From an uncultured Bacteroidales bacterium (GTDB taxonomy: Bacteria > Bacteroidota > Bacteroidia > Bacteroidales > VadinHA17): 64,000 bases of DNA. Made by a program: the position numbers and the translations under genes. The stretch spans positions 2,399,572-2,463,571 of the forward strand of contig CAWFKI010000005.1 of the NCBI GenBank assembly GCA_963816345.1, in the 5' to 3' direction. Within the stretch, counting starts at the first letter, position 1. Every line of letters starts with the position of its first letter. The notes beneath the pieces are model-generated. The model worked only from the letters and a program-made list of their open reading frames with translations, had not been told where the DNA came from and did no database searches. Below, piece after piece: positions 50,375 to 61,026 of this stretch.

Positions 50375-52585
50375 TCAGTTCCGGAACAGGCTCTTATTGG
50401 GCTTGGAATCCATCGTGAAATCCAGGGTACCGCCATTCATTATCTCATCGTGGGTAATATATGACCTGTTGAGAGTTACTCCGTTAAGCTTTACTTCCCT
50501 GATGTATTTATTATCTGCCGAAGCCATTGGAGCATTAATAGTAAAATATTTACCCGGAGCTACTTCGATCTTTGCTTCCTGAACAAACGGGGAGCCAAAC
50601 TGGTACTTAAGCTCTGAAGGATTCACCGGATATAAGCCCAGTGAGCTGAAGACGTACCATGCTGACATCTGCCCGCAGTCTTCGTTTCCGCATAATCCGT
50701 CAGGAGCGCTGCTATACATCGTAGTCTGGATCCGACGGTTAAGCTCCTGGGTACGCCACGGCATTCCACAATAGTTAAACAGAAATGTTGTATGATGGCC
50801 GGGCTCGTTCCCCTGGGCATATGCGCCTATTAATCCCGTTATATCAGGAGAAGCCTCATTTCCCCTGACCCCGACCCTGACTTCAAAGAGTTGTTCCAGT
50901 TTAGCGGCAAATCGCTCCTTGCCGCCTAGCAATTCTATCAATCCATCCACATCCTGTGGTACAAGCCACAGGTATTGCCATGCATTACCCTCCGTGTAGT
51001 CACTTCCTTCATGTCTGGAATAAACAGGATCAAAGGGTGTCGTCCATTGACCGTTACTCAGCTTACCCCGCATAAAGCCTGTACTGCTGTCAAAATATTC
51101 CCTGTAGCTTTTCGACCGCTTTAAAAAATATGCCGCATCTTCCATCTTTCCAAGCTTAGCTGCGACTGCAGCCACAGCCCAGTCATCAATTGCTACCTCG
51201 AGTGATTTCGAAACAGACTGCTGGACCTTATCGGCAGGCATGTAGCCCAGTTTCATATATAATCCCATTCCGTCGCGGTCAAAGAGGGATGTTTTTTTCA
51301 TGGCCTCATATGCGAGATTCCGGTCGAAATCTCCTATCCCCTTCAGGATTGCCTCAGCAATAACAGAAATGGAATGATTTCCCACCATGCAGAAAGTTTC
51401 ATTTCCTTCAAGCTCCCAGACAGGAAGAATACCGCACTGCTTATAATGATCCAGCATTGATTTTACCATATCATTTACTCTCGGCTGCTGGGTTAGGGTA
51501 AAAAGAGGGTGCAGGGCGCGGTATGTATCCCAGAGTGAGAATACCGTGTAGCGGTTATACCCCTCAGCCTTCTGAATATCACCTTTCAGACCTTTGAACT
51601 CCCCGTTCAGATCAGAGAAAAGGGCGGGAGCTATCATTGTATGATAAAGAGCCGTATAAAAAACTGTCTTTTGATCCGCATCATTTGACTTGATCCTGAT
51701 TTTGCCAAGCTCCTTTTCCCAGGCGGCATCAGCAGCATTCCGGGTTGCTTCAAAGTTCCATCCGGGAAGAGATTCGCTCAGGTTTTCAAGTGCATCTTCC
51801 GTGCTTATTGAAGATATGGCTACCTTTGCCATTATGACTTTATCCCGGAATTTGAAATAACCTGCAACCTGTTCTTCACCTCCGGTATTTGTTATCTGAT
51901 ATTTCGAAACCGGCTTTGAGAATTTAACTGCAAAAAAGACATGCTGGTCGGCTGCCCATCCTGTTGATAGCCGTGTACCCGTGACTAGCGAATCATTGAC
52001 GACTGTCAGTGAAGTTTTATATGGCTTATCCCAGTTAATAGCAAAGCCCAGGTTTATAAGAAGGTTATTCTCTCCTCCTGCCGGGAATGTATAACGGTGG
52101 AGACCAGCTCTTTGTGTTACTGTAAACTCCGCCATTATCCCGCTGTTTTTAAGAGTCACGGCATAATAACCCGGTCTGGCAGTCTCACCGTCATGACTAT
52201 ATTTACCTGCATATCTTGATACAAAACCTGCATTGCTCTCACCTTCACGGAAAGTCACCTCAGAGGCTACCGGGAGAAAAGAAATATCTGCCAGATCTCC
52301 GATACCGGTACCGCTCAGGTGCAGATGGCTGAAACCCGCCAGAACACTATCGGAATAATTGTATCCGGAACACCAGTCCCACCCCTGAGTGCCATTATCC
52401 GGGCTAAGCTGGATCTGCCCGAAAGGCCAGGCAGCACCGGGAAATGTGTGCCCGTGAGCAGCAGTTCCGATAAAGGGATTAACGAAATCAGTAAGCCGGT
52501 CTGTCATAGAAACTTTCTGCCTGGAACAGGAAAATGCTGAGATAAGAATGAAGGTTCCGGCTATAAAAGAAAGATAATTCCTCAT
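50375..52585 (-). CDS. GH92 alpha-mannosidase
   Basis: 'FVNPFIGTAAHGHTFPGAAWPFGQIQLSPDN' is the GH92 N-terminal signature. 736 aa with a signal peptide. Confidence 0.9.
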   Translation of the reverse strand: MRNYLSFIAGTFILISAFSCSRQKVSMTDRLTDFVNPFIGTAAHGHTFPGAAWPFGQIQLSPDNGTQGWDWCSGYNYSDSVLAGFSHLHLSGTGIGDLADISFLPVASEVTFREGESNAGFVSRYAGKYSHDGETARPGYYAVTLKNSGIMAEFTVTQRAGLHRYTFPAGGENNLLINLGFAINWDKPYKTSLTVVNDSLVTGTRLSTGWAADQHVFFAVKFSKPVSKYQITNTGGEEQVAGYFKFRDKVIMAKVAISSISTEDALENLSESLPGWNFEATRNAADAAWEKELGKIRIKSNDADQKTVFYTALYHTMIAPALFSDLNGEFKGLKGDIQKAEGYNRYTVFSLWDTYRALHPLFTLTQQPRVNDMVKSMLDHYKQCGILPVWELEGNETFCMVGNHSISVIAEAILKGIGDFDRNLAYEAMKKTSLFDRDGMGLYMKLGYMPADKVQQSVSKSLEVAIDDWAVAAVAAKLGKMEDAAYFLKRSKSYREYFDSSTGFMRGKLSNGQWTTPFDPVYSRHEGSDYTEGNAWQYLWLVPQDVDGLIELLGGKERFAAKLEQLFEVRVGVRGNEASPDITGLIGAYAQGNEPGHHTTFLFNYCGMPWRTQELNRRIQTTMYSSAPDGLCGNEDCGQMSAWYVFSSLGLYPVNPSELKYQFGSPFVQEAKIEVAPGKYFTINAPMASADNKYIREVKLNGVTLNRSYITHDEIMNGGTLDFTMDSKPNKSLFRN

Positions 52586-52636
52586 TGTCTGTGTGTTTGA
52601 TACATATTTATTGATGAAAGTAAAAATAGGCAGATT

Positions 52637-53314
52637 TTATTCTTTTATCCGGCCGTTTTCAATAATGAAAATCCTGTCAGCAATATTTTCAGGAATATTT
52701 CCATGCGTAGCTATTACAACAGTCACTTTTTTCTCATTCCTTAAAAAGAGAAGATGGTCCATGATTTCACCTGCTGTCACCTCATCAACCGATCCGGTGG
52801 GTTCATCAGCAAATATGACTGATGGATGTTTTACCAGTGATCTGATGATGGCAACTTTCTGCTGCTGACCTGCACTAAGTTCAGAGGGCATCAGGTCAGC
52901 CTTATCCTTCAGACTGAACTGACCGAGAAGAGCGAAGATGTCATCCCTTATAATGCCTCTGTTAGATTTTTCCGGAACAAGCGCTATCTCTATATTCTCA
53001 TAAACAGTATACGTGGGCAGGAGATTAAAGCTTTGAAATATAATACCAATTTTTTCCGACAACAGATTGCTCAGCAAATTGTCAGACATATCGCTTATAC
53101 AATCACCATCAATAATGACCCTGCCATGAGTCGGCCTGATCAGCCCGCACATCAGATTGAGAAGGGTGGATTTCCCGGCTCCTGAACGGCCTTTGATAAG
53201 CACCATCTCATTCTGCTTTATGGAAAGATTAATGTCATCCAAAGCTGTAACAATTTGGTTTTTGCTACTGTACTGCTTTGTAAGAGAAACACATTCTATA
53301 TGGTTCTGAGCCAT
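52637..53314 (-). CDS. ABC transporter ATP-binding protein (MacB/LolD-like)
   Basis: Walker A 'GRSGAGKSTLLN', signature 'LSAGQQQKVAI' and Walker B 'VIFADEPTGSVD'. Confidence 0.9.
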   Translation of the reverse strand: MAQNHIECVSLTKQYSSKNQIVTALDDINLSIKQNEMVLIKGRSGAGKSTLLNLMCGLIRPTHGRVIIDGDCISDMSDNLLSNLLSEKIGIIFQSFNLLPTYTVYENIEIALVPEKSNRGIIRDDIFALLGQFSLKDKADLMPSELSAGQQQKVAIIRSLVKHPSVIFADEPTGSVDEVTAGEIMDHLLFLRNEKKVTVVIATHGNIPENIADRIFIIENGRIKE

Positions 53315-53331
53315 AATTGCTATATGGTGTA

Positions 53332-54531
53332 TTACATGTAATTATTTATCATATCACCGGCTCTGGTCCTGTAGAGTTTCAAAATCGGAAAAATTCCGGC
53401 AATCAATCCCCCAGCTAAAGGCAGGAGAATAAGTACCGTGATGCTGCCTGCCTGAAAATGAAATTCAATCAGCCTGAACAGCTTTACCTGGTAACTGTTC
53501 AGAAGGGATATCAGTATAAATCCGGACAACACTCCCAGAGAAGCTCCGATTAAAGACTGTAACAGGGATATAAGTAATATCTGGCGGCTCAGCCTGGCGT
53601 TCGACCAGCCAAGTGATTTCAGGATACCTACCTCCCTGAATCTCTCCATAAGAGACGTTAATTGTGTCTTCGCCGAAAATATGATAAGGAATAAGAAGAT
53701 CAGAACAGTAAGAATTGCAGATGTACCTTCCATTATATTCATCACCTCACCCGCGGGCTGATAGCAGTTGTAACTTGAAACGGCAAGATAGTTCATCCTC
53801 TCCCTCAGCTGCTTTATTACACGCTCCTGTATTCTTGCATCTGTTACTTCAACAAGCACTATGTTCATATCAAATCCCGTTGATATGCATTTCATCCTCT
53901 CTTTCAGAATGGCTCTCACATTATCTATAGGCGCATAGAGATCAGCTTTCCCCGGTTTAATCCCAGAATTTACAATTCCTGCAAGAGTCAGCCTGCTGCC
54001 GTATGTTTTCAGCGTATCTCCGACAGACAGTCCGTGTGCCTTTGCAAATGATTCTTCTGCAACGATTTCATCAGGCTTGCCGGACAGATACCTTCCCTCA
54101 ATAAGGTTTGTTACGGCACAGACATTATTTTTTGTTGCAATACTGTTAGTATCTATGCCGCCCAGGGAGACCTCAGCCTTCAATTTATCATCATAGATTC
54201 TGTACAAAAGATACGGGGCAGCATCCCTCACTCCATCCATTTCCCTGATGGAGGCAAGCAGGTCACTGTTCAGCATCAGTGTAAAGACTCCCTCAGCCAT
54301 CAGCGAGCCGCCGGAACTCTCGCTGTCGCAGCTTACACAACAGGAGGTATTGCTTGGGATATATACTATGAAGTGCGTACCGGTCCCTTTAAGTATGCCA
54401 ATCGAGTCTTTCTCATTGGAACGGGTAACAGATAAAACCATAAGAATAAAAAGCGTTGCAATTATATAACCGCTTATCCCTGCAACCGTTCTCCACCTGT
54501 GACGTAATAATTCTTTTATTAAGTAATTCAT
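53332..54531 (-). CDS. FtsX/MacB-type ABC transporter permease
   Basis: 399 aa: an N-terminal TM segment, a large extracytoplasmic domain and a C-terminal FtsX-like three-TM bundle ('REVGILKSLGWSNARLSRQILLISLLQSLIGA'). Confidence 0.85.
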   Translation of the reverse strand: MNYLIKELLRHRWRTVAGISGYIIATLFILMVLSVTRSNEKDSIGILKGTGTHFIVYIPSNTSCCVSCDSESSGGSLMAEGVFTLMLNSDLLASIREMDGVRDAAPYLLYRIYDDKLKAEVSLGGIDTNSIATKNNVCAVTNLIEGRYLSGKPDEIVAEESFAKAHGLSVGDTLKTYGSRLTLAGIVNSGIKPGKADLYAPIDNVRAILKERMKCISTGFDMNIVLVEVTDARIQERVIKQLRERMNYLAVSSYNCYQPAGEVMNIMEGTSAILTVLIFLFLIIFSAKTQLTSLMERFREVGILKSLGWSNARLSRQILLISLLQSLIGASLGVLSGFILISLLNSYQVKLFRLIEFHFQAGSITVLILLPLAGGLIAGIFPILKLYRTRAGDMINNYM

Positions 54532-54613
54532 CCGGCAAAATTCAGATCACAAAGATATTCATTTTCATGAGGTGGTCGAAAATGAGCCGTTGAATATGGA
54601 AAGTGTATCTTTT

Positions 54614-57130
54614 TTAGTCAGCGAGTTTCTTTTCAGTGCCTGACACCATTACTTTTTTAGCATCGATCGTTCCGTAAACAACTTTCATAAATGGCTGGCC
54701 ATTTTTGAGTCCGACGTTGCCAAAACCTGTATCGGTTGAAAGGAAGCTGGTGAAATCACCTATCCTTGAATCGATGAATAATGTCTTATCAACGGCATCA
54801 TACCTGACGCCTGTAAGCCCTTCAAGAATTGCATAACTTGACATTGCCCGGGCATACCAGTTCCCGCATTCATACTCATTGAACGGATTGCGGACCCTGC
54901 CATCGTACCTTTCACGGCATTTCCTGACAATTTCAAGTCCCTTTTCCACTTCTCCCTTGAACATTAGATGACTGGCCACCTGGTACTCTATTCCTGTCCA
55001 CACTTCGTTACTATAAACGAATGGCAATGATAACTGTCCTCCTTTTGGCCAGGTGCATAGCAACAATCCTCCGTCCTTTCCGTCAGCATATGTGGGTCTC
55101 TGAGGATTTGAATGATTATACAGGACCTGTCTGAGGTTATATTTATGAACAGAAACAATATGACTTGTCACTTTTTGATTATCAAGCGCTTCATTCAGTC
55201 CGCAGACAGTTGCCATCCACATGCCGAGTATTCCGTCGGAAAGACATCCTTTGCCATACTGATATTTAGGTCCCTCCTTTTTCATCAGCTCCAGAGCCTC
55301 AGAGGAATAGGTAGTCATTAAACTTGTTTTTGCGGCCTCAACAGGACTTGGCGCTCTCAGCCCTTCCCATATTACCTTCTGGATGAAGTATTCGCCATCA
55401 TATAATTCAGATTCCATAAAGGTCTTCCCTTTCTTAAGAAGCATTTCATATTCGTCATATGGCGCATTTACCGCTTTGCTCATCTCAATTATTGATGTAA
55501 GGGCACCAAGGTAAAAACTTGTGCACATTCCGTCCGGTCCCCAGAATTCTATGTCGTATGTATTATGATGGGGTTCCACAAGGTAACCCTGGTGTTTGGG
55601 ATCCCAGGTCTCGGTGCAATAATCGAGACTTTTTCTGACATATGGGTAGAGGCTGCTCATCCATTCTGTATTTCCACTGATCCTCCATTCCCTGTAAACT
55701 TTCATAATGCCACCAAGCTGACCGTCGGCCGCCGCATAAAAATCATGCACAGGCTCAGCTATGGGCAGGGCTGCCCTGAAAACCTGATGTCCCTGATCGT
55801 TCTGGCTGACCCTGAATTCCGTCTCACGGAGGCTCCTCTCAAGTGAGGGAAAAAGGTGCGAAATAGCCTGGGCATAATTCCAGACATGGGTGCAGCTGCC
55901 ATGACAGCAGCCCTCATTATCACCGCAACCTTCCCATCCCCAGAGCCGTCCATCACTCTGCCTGAGAACAGTCGGTGATTTCAGTATCGTAAGGTTGGCA
56001 GCTACAGCTTCCATGGCCTCCGGTGGCAGGGTGGATGAAAAGAAAGCATCACGGAATAGTTCGCTTTTCTGCTTCAGATCAGAATAGTTGGCTGACCAGT
56101 AATCTGTTACTTCATTCAGGTTCCTGAATCTTTCAGAATACCAGGGTTTATAAAATCCCATTTTGGCATCGAGAACAGGATTGACTCCTATTGTAAGACT
56201 TGTCTGAGGCATATACCACGCCAGATTTACCACAACAGTCTTTTCTTCTCCCGGCTTTAACCTGAAAGGCACAAAGATGGAGGCTCCCGGAGCCGGTGTT
56301 TCAACGGGTACATTGTCGGGCATTTTGCAGCCTGCAATATTTTCCCACAGGATCATGTGGGGATCGAACCATGCGCCCCTGAACCAGCAATAATCAATTT
56401 TGGCATTATCATCCCTGACTGATGCAGAAAATCCTGTTACTCCTGCCGGTGTTCCATCCATGCCGTTTTTTGTCAGAACAAATCCGTTTTTTATTGCAAG
56501 AATCCGGCCGGTATTTTCGGATATGATATTCCTTGAATTCCATGAAAAAACTGCCTCAATCTCTTTTGAGGAATTATTTGTAAACTTATATTCCATGGCT
56601 CCGACAGGAAGACTGGAATTATCCGCATCTGTAGGAATGAAAGGACTCCATCCTGTTATTTCCACAGCCATGGGAATGTCACTATCTTCGAGCTTCAGTG
56701 TTGCAAAAGGGAACCGCGGAAGGAACCTCCCGTTTTTAAAACGGGGGAAACCATAGTTTTTTCCTGCCCCTCCGTTTCCGCTACCGGGCTGACCAAACAT
56801 CTTCCATTCGGGAACCTGCGCTTCCAGTACCTTCGCTCCATCCTTTATCCCCTTTACACTTATTGCTGCAAATGAAAAAGGTTCATTGAAGATCTCAGGC
56901 CTGTTATTAACTGAAAGATGAGATAGTGAACCTGTTCCATCCATACAGAACATACCGGCCCCTATACCGCCGATAGGAAACGAGACCCTGTCAAGGAATT
57001 TTCCCGTATAGTCGCCATTAAATTTATGATCATTTGAATCAGCTTTTTCCTTTTCTCCGGAGCAGCTGAATAATAACAAGCCTGCGAAAAAGAAAAGGAT
57101 AAGGTAAATTGGTTTGCTTTTTGGTTTCAT
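54614..57130 (-). CDS. GH116-family glycoside hydrolase (GBA2-type beta-glucosidase family) lipoprotein
   Basis: 'FPIGGIGAGMFCMDGTGS' is the GH116 N-domain motif and 'VEPHHNTYDIEFWGPDGMCTSFYLGAL' the catalytic-domain motif. The ATG at 57130 gives 'MKPKSKPIYLILFFFAGLLLFSCSG'. The ORF extension to 57199 overlaps the upstream gene. Confidence 0.8.
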   Translation of the reverse strand: MKPKSKPIYLILFFFAGLLLFSCSGEKEKADSNDHKFNGDYTGKFLDRVSFPIGGIGAGMFCMDGTGSLSHLSVNNRPEIFNEPFSFAAISVKGIKDGAKVLEAQVPEWKMFGQPGSGNGGAGKNYGFPRFKNGRFLPRFPFATLKLEDSDIPMAVEITGWSPFIPTDADNSSLPVGAMEYKFTNNSSKEIEAVFSWNSRNIISENTGRILAIKNGFVLTKNGMDGTPAGVTGFSASVRDDNAKIDYCWFRGAWFDPHMILWENIAGCKMPDNVPVETPAPGASIFVPFRLKPGEEKTVVVNLAWYMPQTSLTIGVNPVLDAKMGFYKPWYSERFRNLNEVTDYWSANYSDLKQKSELFRDAFFSSTLPPEAMEAVAANLTILKSPTVLRQSDGRLWGWEGCGDNEGCCHGSCTHVWNYAQAISHLFPSLERSLRETEFRVSQNDQGHQVFRAALPIAEPVHDFYAAADGQLGGIMKVYREWRISGNTEWMSSLYPYVRKSLDYCTETWDPKHQGYLVEPHHNTYDIEFWGPDGMCTSFYLGALTSIIEMSKAVNAPYDEYEMLLKKGKTFMESELYDGEYFIQKVIWEGLRAPSPVEAAKTSLMTTYSSEALELMKKEGPKYQYGKGCLSDGILGMWMATVCGLNEALDNQKVTSHIVSVHKYNLRQVLYNHSNPQRPTYADGKDGGLLLCTWPKGGQLSLPFVYSNEVWTGIEYQVASHLMFKGEVEKGLEIVRKCRERYDGRVRNPFNEYECGNWYARAMSSYAILEGLTGVRYDAVDKTLFIDSRIGDFTSFLSTDTGFGNVGLKNGQPFMKVVYGTIDAKKVMVSGTEKKLAD

Positions 57131-57186
57131 CTCAAATGAAGTTAGGTTAATCAAATCGGTTATCATAAATGAAGTAATGCGCAGAT

Positions 57187-58515
57187 CTATTTTTTCCAAA
57201 GCAACTCTATCTCTTCCAAAGACTTACCTTTTGTCTCAGGAACGAACATCAATGTAAACAGCCACTGGATAAACGACATTAAAGCAAGGAAAAGAAAGGT
57301 GATCGCTCCTCCCAGAAGGGCAAGAAAGTGCGGAAAAAGCAATACAACAAGAAAATTGAATATCCATTGTGTAAAAGAGGCAAATGCCAGCGCCTTTCCC
57401 CTTATCCTGTTTGGAAATATTTCTGATACCAGTGTCCAGAATACCGGGCCGATGCAGGAAGAGAAAAATGCCAGGAAGAGCATGATACAGATCAGTGTAA
57501 ATATTCCCTCCATTTTCAGATAGAACGACAATGCCAGCAAAACCAGAGTAACCGCCATTCCCATTGAACCTATCAGATAAAGGATTCTTCTGCCAACCTT
57601 ATCAATTAAAAGTATGGCGACAAATGTGAAAATAAAGTTGATAAGACCGAGCAGGGAGGTCTGAAGCAGTGCATTTTTTATCTCCACCCCCGCAGCAAGT
57701 AATATCTTTGGTGCATAGTCAATAATTGTATTTATACCGCTGATCTGCACCAGTATGGCAAGAAAAAATCCAACAAGCATCACTTTCCTTGATGAGAGCC
57801 TGAACAGCTCTCCTCTTGCAGCCGGCTTATCGTTGCCGCCCAGTGATTCTGCTATCTCCCTGATCTCGGAATGTGCCAGGGTCTCACCACCAATTTTTAT
57901 CAGAACCTTCAGGGACTCAGCTTTTTTCCCGGCTTTATAAAGCCAGCGCGGGCTTTCAGGGATAAAGAACAACCCGGTAAAAAACAGCACTGAGGGTACG
58001 ATCCCTGTGGCAAACATCCACCTCCAGTTGTTTTCAATACCGTGAAGCCAGTAGTTGATCGTATAGGAACATAATATGCCGAGTACTATTGTGAGCTGAT
58101 AGACAGCCACCAGCATGCCCCGGATATCAGGTGGTGCCACTTCCGCGACATACATCGGGGACAAAACTGAAGCTGCACCCACAGCCAGTCCGCCAAACAG
58201 GCGTGCGGAAATAAAAAGAACCGAAGAATCTGCCAGAGCTGTCAACGCGCATGAGACAGCAAAGAACAGTGCCACTACTATCAGAACTCTTTTACGTCCG
58301 TATTTATCTGTAAGGATCCCGGAGCCAAAGGCCCCGACGACTGCCCCCACAAGGAGAGAGCTTACACCCCAGCCAAGCTCCAGTTCATTCCATCCGAAAT
58401 AGGTTTGTATAAATGGTACTGCCCCTGATATAATCGCGATATCAAACCCGAACATCAGCCCGCCCATTGTCGCAACCATACATATAAAATACAAGTATCC
58501 CCTGTCCCTCTTCAT
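57187..58515 (-). CDS. MFS sugar porter family transporter
   Basis: 442 aa with 'GGLMFGFDIAIISGA', 'PESPRWL' and 'PETKGKSLEEIE'. Confidence 0.9.
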   Translation of the reverse strand: MKRDRGYLYFICMVATMGGLMFGFDIAIISGAVPFIQTYFGWNELELGWGVSSLLVGAVVGAFGSGILTDKYGRKRVLIVVALFFAVSCALTALADSSVLFISARLFGGLAVGAASVLSPMYVAEVAPPDIRGMLVAVYQLTIVLGILCSYTINYWLHGIENNWRWMFATGIVPSVLFFTGLFFIPESPRWLYKAGKKAESLKVLIKIGGETLAHSEIREIAESLGGNDKPAARGELFRLSSRKVMLVGFFLAILVQISGINTIIDYAPKILLAAGVEIKNALLQTSLLGLINFIFTFVAILLIDKVGRRILYLIGSMGMAVTLVLLALSFYLKMEGIFTLICIMLFLAFFSSCIGPVFWTLVSEIFPNRIRGKALAFASFTQWIFNFLVVLLFPHFLALLGGAITFLFLALMSFIQWLFTLMFVPETKGKSLEEIELLWKK

Positions 58516-58540
58516 AATTTTTAATGTCAGTGTATGGTAA

Positions 58541-59452
58541 TCAGATACCCATTGTTTTTCTCATATAGTCCCTGCTCATCTTCAGGCTCTCCCTGAGTGG
58601 TCTTGTAGTAACAAATCCGTTTTCATGAGCAAGTTCTATAATGGCATAACCCTCAAAGCTGATCTCATTAAGTACTTCAGCAATTTCCCTGAAATTCACA
58701 TTTCCTTCTCCCATTGATTCCGGCCATTTCCCATCAGCCAGCTGATCACGGAGATGCAGAAAGACTATCTGTTTCCTGAATTCTCTCAGAAAATCAAGAG
58801 GATTAATACCTGCCCTCAAAAGCCAGTTCAGATCTGGACCAAGCCTGATATCAGGTATCCTCTTAAGCGTCCCTCTCAGATCGTACATATTATTTTTGAC
58901 TTCCGCCGTATGGTTATGAAGGTTAAGTACGATGCCTTTTTTTTCTCCCATGGAAATCAGTTTCCTGAGCAAGGCAGCCTGAGTATCAAATTCCTTTTCA
59001 GTTTTCTCACGGCCGGAAGGCTCACCGACTGAGACACCAAAAGTTCTGGCCCCCAGGGATGCCATATTTGTAAAGATCAGATCGACATCCTCGGTGATCT
59101 GATTGAATTTATCCTTATCCCACATCTCTCCCGACCAGGAACTTCCTATCAGTTTTATTTTATACTGATCAATTAATTCCTTTATCTGCCTGGTATAGAC
59201 AGTACTTCTCAACGGTTGCTCCATAGTTTCCACACCGTCAAAACCGGCATACGATACATCTGAAAAGATCCGCTCCAGAACCGGTGATACATCATATCCG
59301 GGCAAAGTACTTGCATAGACCCAGACATGAGCCCCTGTTATAATTTTTTTACTGCCGGGGACTTTTAAGGTTCCGAAAGGGAATGCCGGCTTTAACAAAG
59401 ACATTGCCAGCATGGACATTGATGAATTACGAAGAAATTTTCTGCGATCCAT
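58541..59452 (-). CDS. Xylose-isomerase-like TIM-barrel protein (sugar phosphate isomerase/epimerase family) with TAT signal
   Basis: 'MDRRKFLRNSSMSMLAMSLL' is a twin-arginine leader. 'FDGVET', 'LNLHNH', 'VFLHLRD' and 'AIIELA' are the beta-strand-end motifs of this fold. Confidence 0.75.
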   Translation of the reverse strand: MDRRKFLRNSSMSMLAMSLLKPAFPFGTLKVPGSKKIITGAHVWVYASTLPGYDVSPVLERIFSDVSYAGFDGVETMEQPLRSTVYTRQIKELIDQYKIKLIGSSWSGEMWDKDKFNQITEDVDLIFTNMASLGARTFGVSVGEPSGREKTEKEFDTQAALLRKLISMGEKKGIVLNLHNHTAEVKNNMYDLRGTLKRIPDIRLGPDLNWLLRAGINPLDFLREFRKQIVFLHLRDQLADGKWPESMGEGNVNFREIAEVLNEISFEGYAIIELAHENGFVTTRPLRESLKMSRDYMRKTMGI

Positions 59453-59508
59453 AAAAATAACTTATTACAGCAACCTGTTGAATGAAAATTTATTATAAAT
59501 ATAAATGA

Positions 59509-61011
59509 TCAGGAGGGCATTGACGGCAAGCTCCATCCCTCCCTGTAATTATGCCTGATATACCCTTCAGCACTTTCCAGGGCGTTGAAGGTCACATATT
59601 TTTTGTCGAAAGTCGGATGACCGTCAACGACTTTGAAATCGTCAGTCAGCATTATCTTCAGCTCCTCCGAAGGTGAAATATTGGTAAATCTCATTTTCTC
59701 ACCGTCCCACTGAAGAGCCTTGTTCAGTCCCTGCAGCCTTACGGCCAGAACGCCCAGCAGTACCATTTCATTAAATGGCCCTGAATAGGCAAAATTTGAT
59801 GTACCCTCGGTCCTGCTTCCGGACGGTTCCTTGCAAGCCCTTATCCAGTCCTGTTCGTGAGGTCCGTCAGGATAGAAGGTGTCACCTCCGGGGATACGCC
59901 GGAGATAAGGAGTGACATTGGGTTTACGACCCGAGAGCAGGCGCGGGTTATATCCTCCGCATCCGCACATCAGTGTATCTTTCGAACCAATGAACAGACA
60001 ACCACCCAGGCCGTCAGCCATCAGATTTTCTCCCTCCGGCAGCAGGTCAGTAAGGTTTGGTAATAATCCTCCGTCGTACCAGTGTACCTTAACCGGCGGC
60101 AGTGCCAGCTTTGGAAGATTATCGCGGGATGGAAACGAGAACTCCACAGTTTCGGCCTGGGGAGCCGACTCTGTATTTACAGATGTTGAGCTACCCCTTA
60201 CCTTGTCAGGATACCCAAGCTTAAGAGAGCGGTAAACAGGATCAAGAACATGGCATGCCATATCGCCGAAGGCCCCGGTGCCAAAATCCCACCATCCTCT
60301 CCAGTTCCAGGGTGTATATATTTCATTATACGGTCTTACAGGGGCGGGACCAAGAAAGAGATCCCAGTTCAGTGTTTTCGGCACAGGCATTACCTTCGAA
60401 GGGCGAGGGATGCCCTGGGGCCATATCGGACGGTCAGTCCAGGCGTGCACCTCGCGAATCTCACCTATCTCGTCATTCCAGATCCATTCGCAGAGTTGCC
60501 TCACTCCGTCGCTTGAATTGCCCTGGTTGCCCATCTGGGTGGCAACTTTATGTTTTGCTGCAAGCTTTGTAAGCAACCTTGACTCATACACGGAATGGGT
60601 CAGTGGTTTCTGACAATAGACATGCTTTCCCATAGTAAGCGCCGTGGCGGCAATAGGGGCATGTGTATGATCGGCAGTGGCAACCATTACGGCATCAATG
60701 GAGCTGCCAAGCTCATCAAACATCCTGCGCCAGTCCTGGTAGCGTTTCGCACCGGGAAATTCCTTAAAGCAAAGATCTGCATATTTCCAGTCCACATCGC
60801 ACAGACCTATAATATTCTCGGAAGCCATTCCCTTCAGGTTAATATGCCCCTTGCCACCGATTCCGGCACCTGCAATATTTAATTTGTCACTCGGGGCTTT
60901 ATGTCCGAAACCGCTAATTACATGTCCCGGGAGAATTGTAAAACCGGCTGACATGAGGCCGGCTTTTTTCAGGAATGAACGTCGTGTCTTATCCGGTTTT
61001 TTCGTTTCCAT
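59509..61011 (-). CDS. Gfo/Idh/MocA-family oxidoreductase with TAT signal
   Basis: 'KTRRSFLKKAGLMSAGF' is the leader and 'NIAGAGIGGKGHINL' the Rossmann GxGxxG motif. 500 aa. Confidence 0.85.
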   Translation of the reverse strand: METKKPDKTRRSFLKKAGLMSAGFTILPGHVISGFGHKAPSDKLNIAGAGIGGKGHINLKGMASENIIGLCDVDWKYADLCFKEFPGAKRYQDWRRMFDELGSSIDAVMVATADHTHAPIAATALTMGKHVYCQKPLTHSVYESRLLTKLAAKHKVATQMGNQGNSSDGVRQLCEWIWNDEIGEIREVHAWTDRPIWPQGIPRPSKVMPVPKTLNWDLFLGPAPVRPYNEIYTPWNWRGWWDFGTGAFGDMACHVLDPVYRSLKLGYPDKVRGSSTSVNTESAPQAETVEFSFPSRDNLPKLALPPVKVHWYDGGLLPNLTDLLPEGENLMADGLGGCLFIGSKDTLMCGCGGYNPRLLSGRKPNVTPYLRRIPGGDTFYPDGPHEQDWIRACKEPSGSRTEGTSNFAYSGPFNEMVLLGVLAVRLQGLNKALQWDGEKMRFTNISPSEELKIMLTDDFKVVDGHPTFDKKYVTFNALESAEGYIRHNYREGWSLPSMPS

Positions 61012-61026
61012 GACAGGGATAATTAA

